Below are positions 31,603-41,073 of a stretch of 64,000 nucleotides of DNA, in pieces. The stretch comes from an uncultured Nitrospiraceae bacterium (GTDB taxonomy: Bacteria > Nitrospirota > Nitrospiria > Nitrospirales > Nitrospiraceae). The stretch spans positions 2,208,001 to 2,272,000 of the forward strand of contig CAWJWJ010000002.1 of assembly GCA_963846575.1 (NCBI GenBank). The letters are read 5' to 3'. The notes under the pieces were generated by a model. It was not told where the DNA came from. It was given only the letters and a program-made list of their open reading frames with translations, and made no database searches. The position numbers were made by a program, and so were the translations under genes. Every line of letters starts with the position of its first letter. Positions within the stretch are counted from its first letter, which is position 1.

Positions 31603-32465
31603 TTCACCCTGCCTTCATCCGCCTGACGGCCATCTGCCTGTTCGTGCTGCTGAGCAGCGCGGCTGACGCGTTCACACCGGAGCCGGCAGAATCGGAGATC
31701 GAAGCCAAAGCCCATTATAACGATCCCGTCTCCACGACGGTGGTCGTGCGGGTCGTGGCCCACCGCGCGCTGGCGCTGGGGGCAGGAGTCGGAGGCGCAC
31801 GTGTGACGATTACGGATGTGGCGACCGGGCAAATTCTTGCGTCCGGCCTGCAACAGGGCGAACCGGGCGATCAAATGCAGATCATGCGCACGCCACACCT
31901 CATGGAAGAACCGGTGTATAGCGCCAGACCGGCGGCCTCATTCACCACCACGCTGGACCTGGCCCGCCCCACGGTCGTCGAGATCGCCGCCGAAGGCCCG
32001 TTGGCCTATCCCAGCGCCATGCAACGGGCCACCAAGACAGTGTTGCTCATTCCCGGCCACGACCTCACCAGCGACGGCATCGTGGTGCAGCTCAACGGCT
32101 ATCTGGTTCAGCTCGAACATCCGAAACCGGGCGACTCCCTCATCGCCAAGGAAGACGTCATGCTCCAGGCGTCGGTGCGCACCTTGTCTGGCTCGCTCGT
32201 GCGACCGCACAGCGATTGGGATTCGCGGAGGATTCAGATCTATGGCGAGCTCCTCATCGGAGGCCGCATCGTCGAGCGTCTTCAGATGTTCTATTCGGGA
32301 GAACAAAGCCGGTTCGAGTCTCCCTTCTTCGTGCCGCTCCCGAAGGACGCACCGGACGGCATCACCTTGCGCGTCATCGCAGCCGACGGAGCCAACGGCA
32401 ATTTCGGGATGGGATCGGCTCAGTATCCCGTCCTCTCTGAGCGGCTTCGTCCCAGGAAGAATTGA
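31599..32465 (+). CDS. Hypothetical secreted protein
   Basis: Signal peptide; ATGA overlap with the metG stop; beta-rich. Confidence 0.75.
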   Translation: MIHPAFIRLTAICLFVLLSSAADAFTPEPAESEIEAKAHYNDPVSTTVVVRVVAHRALALGAGVGGARVTITDVATGQILASGLQQGEPGDQMQIMRTPHLMEEPVYSARPAASFTTTLDLARPTVVEIAAEGPLAYPSAMQRATKTVLLIPGHDLTSDGIVVQLNGYLVQLEHPKPGDSLIAKEDVMLQASVRTLSGSLVRPHSDWDSRRIQIYGELLIGGRIVERLQMFYSGEQSRFESPFFVPLPKDAPDGITLRVIAADGANGNFGMGSAQYPVLSERLRPRKN

Positions 32466-32504
32466 GTCACCGGGTGATATGGTGATGTCATGACCTAAGG
32501 ACCG

Positions 32505-32525
32505 CCGGCCGGTACAGCCGGCCGG
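32505..32525. terminator. GC-rich hairpin upstream of ftsH
   Basis: CCGGCCGG-TACAG-CCGGCCGG; no U-tract. Confidence 0.3.
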
Positions 32526-32555
32526 ATCATTCAACTACCCGGGAACAGATTCTCC

Positions 32556-34340
32556 ATGGATCCAAAACAACGACAATTCTCCATCTGGTACATGTTCATC
32601 GCGCTCTGGGTCTTGATGCTGATCCAGATGTTTCTTCCCTCCTTCTTCAATCCCACTGAAATTCCCTACAGCGAATTCAAAGAATCCGTCGCGGCCGGCA
32701 GGGTGACGGAGATTTCCGTCTCGCCGCACATCATTCACGGGAAGATGAAGGACGACAAAAATTTCAATACCGTCCGCATCGAGGATCCCGATCTGGTCAA
32801 GGATTTGGCCCAGGGTCAAGTCAAGGTGACGGGGGTTATCGAGAGCACCATTATCCGGGATCTGCTGTCGTGGATCGTCCCGATCGCTCTCTTCTTCGGC
32901 GTCTGGTGGTTCCTCCTGCGCCGCATGGGGCAAAGCCAGGGCTTCATGACAGTCGGTCAGAGCAAAGCAAAGATTTATGTCGAAAAAGAAGTGAAAGTCC
33001 GCTTCGCCGATGTGGCCGGAGTCGACGAGGCCAAGCAGGAATTGGAAGAGATCATCGAATTCCTCAAGACACCTGAAAAGTTTCGCCGGCTGGGCGGGAA
33101 GATTCCGAAAGGCATCCTGCTCGTCGGACCGCCGGGGACCGGCAAGACGCTCCTTGCCAAGGCCGTGGCCGGCGAAGCGGCCGTACCGTTTTTTTCGATC
33201 AGCGGATCGGAATTCGTGGAGATGTTCGTCGGGGTCGGCGCGGCCCGGGTCCGCGACCTGTTCGAGCAGGCCAAGAGCAAGGCACCCTGCATCATCTTCC
33301 TCGACGAACTCGACGCGCTCGGAAAGGCCCGAGGGGTCGGCCCCATGGTCCACGAGGAACGCGAGCAAACCTTGAACCAGTTGCTGGTCGAGATGGATGG
33401 ATTCGATTCACGCGTGGGCGTCATTCTCGTCGCGGCCACCAACCGTCCGGAAATCCTCGATCCCGCGTTACTGCGGGCCGGGCGATTTGATCGCCAGGTC
33501 CTCGTGGACCGGCCGGACAAGATCGGACGGCTTGCCATTCTGAAGGTGCATGCCCGCAGCATCACGCTCGAGAATGAGGAAGACTTGAAAACCATCGCAG
33601 CCATGACCCCCGGCTTCGTCGGAGCCGACCTGGCCAATTTGCTCAACGAAGCGGCACTTCTGGCAGTCCGGGGCGGCAAGGACACCGTGGGTCTGGCCGA
33701 ACTGCAAGAAGCCGTAGAGCGGGTCATCGGCGGACTCGAAAAGAAAAACCGGGTCCTGAACAAAATGGAGAAGGCGCGCGTCGCGCACCACGAGGTCGGC
33801 CATGCGTTAGTCGCGATGTCCATTCCAGGCGGCGATGCCGTCCACAAAATCTCAATCATCCCGCGAGGTATTGCCGCGCTCGGGTATACCATGCAGCTCC
33901 CGACCGAAGATCGATTCCTCATGACCGTGTCCGAACTGAAGAACAAGATCGCCGTACTGCTTGGCGGGCGGGCGGCGGAAGACGTGATCTACGGAGAGGT
34001 TTCGACCGGCGCGCAGGACGATCTGCGCAAGGCCACCGACATTGCGAAGAGCATGGTCAAAACGTACGGCATGAGCGAGAAACTGGGCCAGGTGAGTCTG
34101 GAGCGGGATCGGCAATCCTTGTTTCTTCAGACCGGCCCCTCGCAGACTCCGGCCGACTACAGCGAACAGACATCGCGCGAAATCGATTGCGAGGTCCGGG
34201 AATTGATCGACGAACAATACGGGCAAGCGCGGGATCTCATCAAGACCCAGGAAGCCCTCCTTCGCAACGCCGCCCAGGTGCTGCTGGAGAAAGAAACGAT
34301 TACCGGGGAAGAACTTAAAGCATTAGCTGAGGGACGATGA
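32556..34340 (+). CDS. ftsH: ATP-dependent zinc metalloprotease FtsH
   Basis: Two TMs, [23 protein letters not shown]. Confidence 0.97.
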   Translation: MDPKQRQFSIWYMFIALWVLMLIQMFLPSFFNPTEIPYSEFKESVAAGRVTEISVSPHIIHGKMKDDKNFNTVRIEDPDLVKDLAQGQVKVTGVIESTIIRDLLSWIVPIALFFGVWWFLLRRMGQSQGFMTVGQSKAKIYVEKEVKVRFADVAGVDEAKQELEEIIEFLKTPEKFRRLGGKIPKGILLVGPPGTGKTLLAKAVAGEAAVPFFSISGSEFVEMFVGVGAARVRDLFEQAKSKAPCIIFLDELDALGKARGVGPMVHEEREQTLNQLLVEMDGFDSRVGVILVAATNRPEILDPALLRAGRFDRQVLVDRPDKIGRLAILKVHARSITLENEEDLKTIAAMTPGFVGADLANLLNEAALLAVRGGKDTVGLAELQEAVERVIGGLEKKNRVLNKMEKARVAHHEVGHALVAMSIPGGDAVHKISIIPRGIAALGYTMQLPTEDRFLMTVSELKNKIAVLLGGRAAEDVIYGEVSTGAQDDLRKATDIAKSMVKTYGMSEKLGQVSLERDRQSLFLQTGPSQTPADYSEQTSREIDCEVRELIDEQYGQARDLIKTQEALLRNAAQVLLEKETITGEELKALAEGR

Positions 34341-35026
34341 CTCTGCCTGTCCGCATGGTGTTCAGCCTCTGCCTCATCTCCTCCGTCTCCCTGAGTCCGG
34401 CCTGGGCCCCTCCGGCCAAAGCCCAACATGGCCATCAGCATGACCCTTTACCGAACGTCACCGAGTATCTGGACCGGCTCGACCGACCGGAACGTGACCA
34501 GGATCAAAAACCGTCCCAGGTCATCGAGGCCCTGCGGCTGAAGCCCGGCATGAGCGTCGCCGACCTGGGGTCAGGATCGGGGTACTTCACCCGGCGGTTT
34601 GTCGACGCCGTCACCGATCAGGGGACCGTCTATGCCATCGACGTGGAGGCCAAAGCCCTGCAGCATATCGAACAACGCCTCCAGCGGCTCAACCGGCCCT
34701 ATCATGTCGAGCTCATTCTCGCCCCTTCCGACAATCCCATGCTCCCTCCCAGCTCGGTCGATCTGATCTTCATCTGCAACACCTATCATCATCTCGAGAA
34801 CCATCGGACCTACCTTCGACACCTGCGGTCCGCGCTCAAACCGGGCGGTCGGGTTGCGATCATCGACTTCTACCCCGACGAGCGATCAGGCGATCTCGGA
34901 TTCCCCAAGGTGCACCTCGCCACACCCGCCCGGGTGGTTGAGGAAATGAGCACCGCCGGCTTTGAGCCGACGATCGAACATGCCTTTCTGCCGAAACAAT
35001 ACTTCCTGGAATTCACGCCGCGATAA
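34337..35026 (+). CDS. Class I SAM-dependent methyltransferase with signal peptide
   Basis: VADLGSGSGY motif I, LKPGG; N-terminal signal peptide then HGHQH. Confidence 0.88.
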   Translation: MTLPVRMVFSLCLISSVSLSPAWAPPAKAQHGHQHDPLPNVTEYLDRLDRPERDQDQKPSQVIEALRLKPGMSVADLGSGSGYFTRRFVDAVTDQGTVYAIDVEAKALQHIEQRLQRLNRPYHVELILAPSDNPMLPPSSVDLIFICNTYHHLENHRTYLRHLRSALKPGGRVAIIDFYPDERSGDLGFPKVHLATPARVVEEMSTAGFEPTIEHAFLPKQYFLEFTPR

Positions 35027-35137
35027 GCCGCGCCTCACCATTCTTCACCTCAGAGATGCCCTCGCGCGATGGTCCGCCTCCGGCCGGACCCGGGGGAAGG
35101 CTTGCCCTTGCCCCGCACCCATGAGACACTGAAACCG

Positions 35138-36079
35138 ATGGTGCCTCCCACTTATCATGAACTTCGCTCCCGCCTGCAGATCGGGCTCGTACTCAATGCC
35201 GTGATCATACTCGCGGAGTTCGTCGGCGGGTTTCTGACCAACAGTATCGGACTGATTGGAGACGCCGGACACAATCTCGTCGATCAGGGCTCCCTGTTCC
35301 TCGCGCTGTACGCGCACGTGCTGACGGCGCGGCCGGCCACCGATGCGCGGACGTTCGGCTATCACCGGGCCGGCATCGTCGCCGCGTTCCTCAACTCGTT
35401 TCTCCTCCTGCTCACAGCCATCGGCATCACCTTCGTCAGCTTCGAACGCATCATGTCTCCCGTTCCGGTCCCCGGAGGATGGGTGATGCTGATCGCGCTG
35501 ATCAGCTTCGCCGCGAATCTGTCCGTCGCGCTCCTGCTTCAACATGGCGCGAAGGACGACCTGAATATCCGCAGCGCCTTCTGGCACATGCTGACGGACG
35601 CGTGGGTGTCCCTGGGCGTCGTCATCAGCGGAGGCGCCATTCTGCTGACGGGCTGGTCGATCTTCGATCCCCTTGTGAGCCTGCTGGTGGTGGCGGCCAT
35701 CGCCAGAGGCGCCTGGCCTCTCTTTAAGGAATCACTGGAAGTACTACTGGAATCGACGCCGCCCGGCGTCAGCCCCGCGCAGGTCGCCGCCACCGTCGAA
35801 TCCATCCCCGGCGTGAAGAACGTTCACGATCTCCACATCTGGGCGGTCGAGCCGCGGCTCATCATGATGACGACACATGTGCAGGTGGACGGCGGCGACA
35901 ACGCGCTGACGACCGAGCTGCTCCACACGATTCGGAACCGGATCGCAACGGATTTCGGCATCACCCACCTGACGATCCAGTTGGAGACGCAATGCTGCGA
36001 CCCGGAGGCCGTCCACTGCGACCTCAATCGTCTGCACCGTCAACATCCGCAGCGGGAAATCCTCCACAGCCATCACTAG
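35138..36079 (+). CDS. Cation diffusion facilitator (CzcD/ZitB-like)
   Basis: IGDAGHNLVD, TFGYHRAG, AFWHMLTD, VHDLHIW, HLTIQLE; Cys/His-rich tail. Confidence 0.95.
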   Translation: MVPPTYHELRSRLQIGLVLNAVIILAEFVGGFLTNSIGLIGDAGHNLVDQGSLFLALYAHVLTARPATDARTFGYHRAGIVAAFLNSFLLLLTAIGITFVSFERIMSPVPVPGGWVMLIALISFAANLSVALLLQHGAKDDLNIRSAFWHMLTDAWVSLGVVISGGAILLTGWSIFDPLVSLLVVAAIARGAWPLFKESLEVLLESTPPGVSPAQVAATVESIPGVKNVHDLHIWAVEPRLIMMTTHVQVDGGDNALTTELLHTIRNRIATDFGITHLTIQLETQCCDPEAVHCDLNRLHRQHPQREILHSHH

Positions 36080-36104
36080 CCCGCAGGCGATCCTTGCGGA
36101 TACA

Positions 36105-37082
36105 ATGGCTCCCATGGTTCAGACAATCCCCGTTCCCTTCTACATCCTTTGCGGCTCCCTCGGCGCCGGCAAGACAACCTTGCTCATGCGCCTCCTCGAA
36201 TATTGGAATGCTCAGGGGCACAAAGTCGGGGTGCTCATGAACGAAGCGGGGGAAGTCAGCATTGATGGCCCGCGCGCGGGAACGATCGCCGAGCAGGTGC
36301 TCAACCTGGCCGGTGGCTGCATCTGCTGCGATACGAAAGACGACCTGGCGTGGAGCATCACGCAGCTCGTCCAGGATTATCAGTCCACCCTGATCGTGCT
36401 GGAATGCTCGGGCATGGCCGACCCGGCGGAGGTCGTCGATGCCGTGACCGACGCCTACGTGTCGCGGATTGCGAGGCTCGAAAGGATTCTGGCACTGCTG
36501 CACCCGGTCCCGCTTCCCGACTCCGGCATGGCAGAAATGGTGACGCGTAATGCCATTCGTTATGCCGACGACCTGATCCTCAACAAGCGAGATCTCTACA
36601 TCCCAGGACATTGGGAACAGTTCCGTGACACGATCACCCGGTACAACCCCTATGGTCGGCTATATGAAACGAACCACGCCCGGGTGGATATCCCGTCTGT
36701 GCTCGCGGCTCCCATGGTGCGATCGCGTCCGACCAACGTCGCATTCGAGAAAACAAGCGGGTCGGCTGCCACGCGCGACACTCGCGCCCCTGACCATCCC
36801 ATGGTCACCACGGTACGCTTCACGAAGCCGCTCGACCGCATCCGGTTCGTGGCTTGGACACAGTCACTACCCGAAGGACTCGAACGGGCGAAGGGGTTTT
36901 TTCGCTTTGTGCATGAACCGGAGCTGCAGGAGTTTCAGTTCTTCCATCCACGGACCAGCACCATCACCCCGGTGATGCTGCTCGATGAACCGGATCATGT
37001 CATCGTCTTAATCGGGCGCGACTTCGACCAGGAACTCTGCCGCAAGTCCCTCCTCGAGTGTCTCGCCGATTCCAACCGTTAG
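36105..37082 (+). CDS. COG0523/CobW-family metal chaperone GTPase
   Basis: GSLGAGKTT, GGCICC (CxCC), ECSG, NKRD, RAKGF. Confidence 0.93.
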   Translation: MAPMVQTIPVPFYILCGSLGAGKTTLLMRLLEYWNAQGHKVGVLMNEAGEVSIDGPRAGTIAEQVLNLAGGCICCDTKDDLAWSITQLVQDYQSTLIVLECSGMADPAEVVDAVTDAYVSRIARLERILALLHPVPLPDSGMAEMVTRNAIRYADDLILNKRDLYIPGHWEQFRDTITRYNPYGRLYETNHARVDIPSVLAAPMVRSRPTNVAFEKTSGSAATRDTRAPDHPMVTTVRFTKPLDRIRFVAWTQSLPEGLERAKGFFRFVHEPELQEFQFFHPRTSTITPVMLLDEPDHVIVLIGRDFDQELCRKSLLECLADSNR

Positions 37083-37666
37083 GAAATAGATTCCGTAGAG
37101 GCCCGAGGAGCAGGCGCGTTCCCGATGTGATTCGGAAGCGGACGGAAGCGAGACCAGCGGAGAAGCAGCCAGGCTGCGCCCCCTCCAACCAAGCCTCCCA
37201 CGACCCAGCCGCCGATCACGTCAGTCAGGTAATGCGCCCCGATGTAGACACGGGACAGCCCGATCGCCACCACCAGCGGCCAGGTGAACCAACCCGAACG
37301 GGGATAGAGGATCTGGAAAAAGACCGCAGCTGCAGCCGTGTTGGCCGCGTGATTCGAAGGGAAGGAGAACGCTCCCCCGCAGCCCAGCAACTTCTGCACT
37401 TCCGACAGAGTCAGGCAAGGGCGCGGACGTTGAACTAAACCTTTAAGTTGAGTTCCCAGCGCATCGGTACTGCCGATGACGCCCGCCAATGTCGCCAAGC
37501 CGATCACACCCTCCCGCCAGTTGCGCCAAACCCAATAACTTGCGAGCAGCGCGCCGGGATAGTACAGGTTCCCCGGCTTTGCCAGCTCGATCATGATCCA
37601 ATCGAGCGTCGCGGACCGACCGGCAAGATTGTTGATGGCATGAAAAAGGATCTCGTCCAGGTCCAT
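37079..37666 (-). CDS. PAP2-family phosphatase
   Basis: KGLVQRPRP, FPSNH, SRVYIGAHYLTD. Confidence 0.93.
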   Translation of the reverse strand: MDLDEILFHAINNLAGRSATLDWIMIELAKPGNLYYPGALLASYWVWRNWREGVIGLATLAGVIGSTDALGTQLKGLVQRPRPCLTLSEVQKLLGCGGAFSFPSNHAANTAAAAVFFQILYPRSGWFTWPLVVAIGLSRVYIGAHYLTDVIGGWVVGGLVGGGAAWLLLRWSRFRPLPNHIGNAPAPRASTESIS

Positions 37667-37925
37667 ACCGGCGACGATAACGGGTCGGGCGGGATCAGTC
37701 AAATAGTTCGCACAGACTCAGAAGGGGAAAAATTCGGGTTCCTATTCCAACGCGGTCCGTTCATCCTCGCTCCTGAATCGACACACGCTCTACAAGAGGC
37801 CGCCGAATGCGGCAACCCCGGAATGAGAAGCCTCGATGCCCGCCACCCCGCATCACACCGTCACACTCATTTTCACTGCCGATCCTGCACTGCAGCAATG
37901 ACGGAGGCCGCCTCACAGGATTCAT

Positions 37926-38372
37926 CTATTGCGACCGGAAGTGAATGCGTACGGTGAGTGCGCCGTCGACCGGTTCATCACCGTTGAGTTGCGGGTCAAA
38001 GGTCCATTTGTTCAACGCAATCATGCCGGCGACCGTGAGCTCACGATGTTTGGCCGGCTCCAACACCACCACCGTGACCGTCGCATCCTTTGAGACGAGC
38101 AGGCGCGCCTTCATCCAGTCATCGAGCGGCTTGCCATCCAATGACGAAGGAACCGCCGGCCATGGCGTCGACTTCGGCACCGGACCCAGCTGCTGATCCT
38201 TATTCAGCGGCAGACCGTGGACATGCACTTCCGGCAGTTCGATGATGTCGGCATCCAACGCATGGTCCGCTTCATGCGTCGCTTCGTCTCCAGTCACGGC
38301 ATGCGCCGCAAACGGAACACAGAACATCACCGCCGTGGTCATACTCACCATCCATCGCATAGCCTTCACCAT
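37926..38372 (-). CDS. Secreted TonB C-terminal domain protein
   Basis: Signal peptide (AHA); C-terminal KWTFDPQLNGDEPVDGALTVRIHF typical of TonB_C; downstream of the receptor. Confidence 0.72.
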   Translation of the reverse strand: MVKAMRWMVSMTTAVMFCVPFAAHAVTGDEATHEADHALDADIIELPEVHVHGLPLNKDQQLGPVPKSTPWPAVPSSLDGKPLDDWMKARLLVSKDATVTVVVLEPAKHRELTVAGMIALNKWTFDPQLNGDEPVDGALTVRIHFRSQ

Positions 38373-38392
38373 CGTCCTCCATCCTCTGACGC

Positions 38393-38510
38393 CTGCTCAA
38401 ACGGGCCAGCCAGCATGGCTGCAAGCAACGCACGCCCCGGAGGCATACCCCCGGGGGTACGTTGGGGATTCGTGCGCGCCGAGCACGCCGGTGGTGACCC
38501 GCTTGAGCAG
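38393..38510. repeat. ~120-bp palindromic intergenic repeat (MITE/REP-like), copy 2
   Basis: Terminal inverted repeats CTGCTCAAACGGGCCA / TGACCCGCTTGAGCAG (14/16); central TACCCCCGGGGGTA palindrome. Confidence 0.7.
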
Positions 38511-38514
38511 CCGG

Positions 38515-40962
38515 TTAAAAAAACCATTGGCCGCGCAGAAAAAACGACCGTGGCATCCCCGCATGGGCGACGCCCAGCCCGATGCTCCCCTCCCCCTGGT
38601 TGATGAAATATTTCTGGTCCAACAGGTTGATGACGTCGAATCCCAGGAGAAACTTCTGCCCTTCCCAGGGCAGCGGGAACACGTGGACAATCGAGAGATT
38701 GTAAATCGTGTAAGAGGGGCTATGGCTGGAGTTGGTCTTCGCCTCCTCGTTCTCCGCCGTTCGCAGGCCGGAGGCAAACAGCATCTGGCCGGTGAACGTC
38801 GTGCGTTCCTTGAAACGGTAACTCACGACAGCCGAACTCGTCAGCGTCTGCATATGGTCGCAAAACACTCCGCCCCGCGAGTTGATGTCCGAAATCTCCT
38901 TCGCTTCGAGGAGAAAATGGCCCGACTGCAACCCATAGCCCTTGCATTGCCCCCAGGCCACATTGCCGCGCGCCGTCAGGTTGTCGGCCAACTGCAGTTT
39001 CAGCGCCCCGTCGATGCCGCGTTGCCACCCGCGGTCGAACGCAAAGTAGTTTAACAGCGGCGTGGTGCCGAATTGCCCGGCATCCGACAGGAAGTTGCTG
39101 AGCTTGTACCATCCCGTCAATTGCAGCGTCGCATAGCGATTCAGCGCATGATAGCTGCCCACCTCGAAATAATGCGCCCGTTCGGCCCGGACTGTATTGT
39201 TGGTCAGGTCTTCCGGTTCCGCCCTCGTGCCCACCGTGTTCAGCTTGGCAAACGAGATCGCTTCGAGATTCGGGGGCGTGAACAGTCGTCCATAAAACAC
39301 ATGGAAGACGTTGGACTGGTTGTACTTGTAGCTCGCTCCCAGACGCGGGCTGACCTGTCCTTCATCCCGCAGATATTGGACGACATCGGCCCGCAACCCG
39401 AGGTTGAAGGTCCACTGGTCGTTCGGGCTCCATTGGTCTTGAATCCAGAACTCCTGGCGATAGCCGATCTGGCGGTTGTCGGCGTTGAGACCGAGCAGGT
39501 CACCTGTGGGATTCCCCGCGCCGTCGTCCGCGAAGGTAAAGAGTCGCGTCTTATTGACGGCCTGCGTCCGATCGAGTTGAAACCCCGTCTTGATGAGGTG
39601 CTGCTTGCTGTGCACATAGGTGTAATCGAGCCGCAAGCCGGTCGAATAGGCCCTGCGATCCTGATCGGAGGCCGAAAACGGCTCGGAAGGATCCGCCGTA
39701 TAGGCCAGAAAGTTGAGCGGGTCCGTTTTGAAGATGGCCCGAGTATGGCGGATATACCCCGCCAGGCTGAAAAAATTGTTGGCGTTGACGTCATGCCTCC
39801 ACACCATGTGGCCGTACTGATTATTTTCTTTTTGGAACTCATCGATGGCCTGGGAGGCCACGGGAGTAAAGCCGGGGCGGCTCGCCTGCAGGAGCGGCAG
39901 CAGCTGCCCGCTCGGATCCAGTTCGAGGCCGGGCCTGGTGGGGATTTGATACTTGGCCACCGAATTCAAGAACAGCCAGGTGAAGTTATTCTTGTTGTCG
40001 TGCTGATAATCCCCGCGAATGAAGGTTTGATTGCGTTCGCTCTGTCCATGAAAAATCGAGTGCCCCAGGGTCGGCGGCTCGATGCCACGGTTCGTCGTCG
40101 TATAGCTATTCAAAATGTAAAAGCGGAACTTTTCGCCGATCGTCCCGCCATACTCCAGGGACGGGTTGAGGGTCCGGTTCGACCCGCCCATCGTTTGAAT
40201 CGATCCGAAGGCCGGTTTCGTCCCGCTTTTGGTCGTGATATCCAGGACAGCCGCCGCCTTGTTTCCGTACTGCGCTTCCAAGCCCCCGAGAATGATGTCG
40301 GCCCGTTCCCAGGCGCGCGGACTGATGACATCGGAGAAGGTGGAGGACACGGTGTCCGGAATCGGAACCCCGTCGATCCGCAGTTGCAGGTTCGCATGGT
40401 CCTGACGGATATGCACCTGCTTGAGCGAGCCGTACACCGCGCTGGGGATCGTCAGGAGCACGTCATGAAGCTCGACATTGTTGCCGCGCGGCAGAAGTTC
40501 AATTTCCTTTCGGCTCAGCGAGTAGGTTTCGCTCGAGGCCTTGTACTGGATGGGCGGCAGCGAGGTCACGACCTCAAGCGCGATCTCATTGGTCGTCGAG
40601 AGCGTCAGCGTGACGGGCGGGATCGGGTCCCTGCCCACCTTGATGATGGTATATTCGCTTCGCAAAGACTCCTGCACGGCGCTGACCGAATACGTGCCTT
40701 CGTGAACGACCTCCACGACAAATTCTCCCGCGTCGTCCGCCACCGCCGAACCGACCAGGCTCCCTTCCTGATCCTTCACCTCTACCCTGGCCTGCGGGAC
40801 ACGCCGGAGATCCTGACTTTGTACCGTCCCCGAAATCGTGTGTACGTGGCTCACCGACGGTGCCGGGCCCTCCGCCGCCTGGGCCGGCAGGGTCCCGAGC
40901 AAGCCACTGACCAATAACAAACCCACCCACACCCGACCTATGGTGCTGACTGACAAACCCAT
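38515..40962 (-). CDS. TonB-dependent receptor with N-terminal carboxypeptidase-regulatory-like domain
   Basis: Signal peptide, plug (RIDGVP, AQYGN, DITTKSG), beta-barrel, NLLDQKY...PRSFFLRGQWFF; ATG 40962 with GGGGAGG SD. Confidence 0.95.
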   Translation of the reverse strand: MGLSVSTIGRVWVGLLLVSGLLGTLPAQAAEGPAPSVSHVHTISGTVQSQDLRRVPQARVEVKDQEGSLVGSAVADDAGEFVVEVVHEGTYSVSAVQESLRSEYTIIKVGRDPIPPVTLTLSTTNEIALEVVTSLPPIQYKASSETYSLSRKEIELLPRGNNVELHDVLLTIPSAVYGSLKQVHIRQDHANLQLRIDGVPIPDTVSSTFSDVISPRAWERADIILGGLEAQYGNKAAAVLDITTKSGTKPAFGSIQTMGGSNRTLNPSLEYGGTIGEKFRFYILNSYTTTNRGIEPPTLGHSIFHGQSERNQTFIRGDYQHDNKNNFTWLFLNSVAKYQIPTRPGLELDPSGQLLPLLQASRPGFTPVASQAIDEFQKENNQYGHMVWRHDVNANNFFSLAGYIRHTRAIFKTDPLNFLAYTADPSEPFSASDQDRRAYSTGLRLDYTYVHSKQHLIKTGFQLDRTQAVNKTRLFTFADDGAGNPTGDLLGLNADNRQIGYRQEFWIQDQWSPNDQWTFNLGLRADVVQYLRDEGQVSPRLGASYKYNQSNVFHVFYGRLFTPPNLEAISFAKLNTVGTRAEPEDLTNNTVRAERAHYFEVGSYHALNRYATLQLTGWYKLSNFLSDAGQFGTTPLLNYFAFDRGWQRGIDGALKLQLADNLTARGNVAWGQCKGYGLQSGHFLLEAKEISDINSRGGVFCDHMQTLTSSAVVSYRFKERTTFTGQMLFASGLRTAENEEAKTNSSHSPSYTIYNLSIVHVFPLPWEGQKFLLGFDVINLLDQKYFINQGEGSIGLGVAHAGMPRSFFLRGQWFF

Positions 40963-41073
40963 GCGAACCTCCCCCAATGAATCTGCTTCCATGCAGAGCC
41001 GTGCCCGGGTCATTTGCCCGGGCAACCTCCAGTAAACATGAACGTCACGTTGAGGTTAGGAACGGGGAGGCGC
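40963..41073 (-). promoter_or_regulatory. SD-sequestering multibranch RNA structure (translational attenuator candidate)
   Basis: CCUCCCC (41064-41070) pairs with SD GGGGAGG (40968-40974) and encloses three hairpins. Confidence 0.65.

Noticed and set aside
24297..33946. Several ~320-aa antisense ORFs (24297-25256, 25626-26597, 29497-30459, 32975-33946)
   Set aside because: Each lies opposite a well-conserved gene (glmS, glmU, metG, ftsH) and has no recognisable domain.
39073..40917. 614-aa plus-strand ORF
   Set aside because: Antisense shadow of the TonB-dependent receptor; no motifs; expected from high-GC codon bias.
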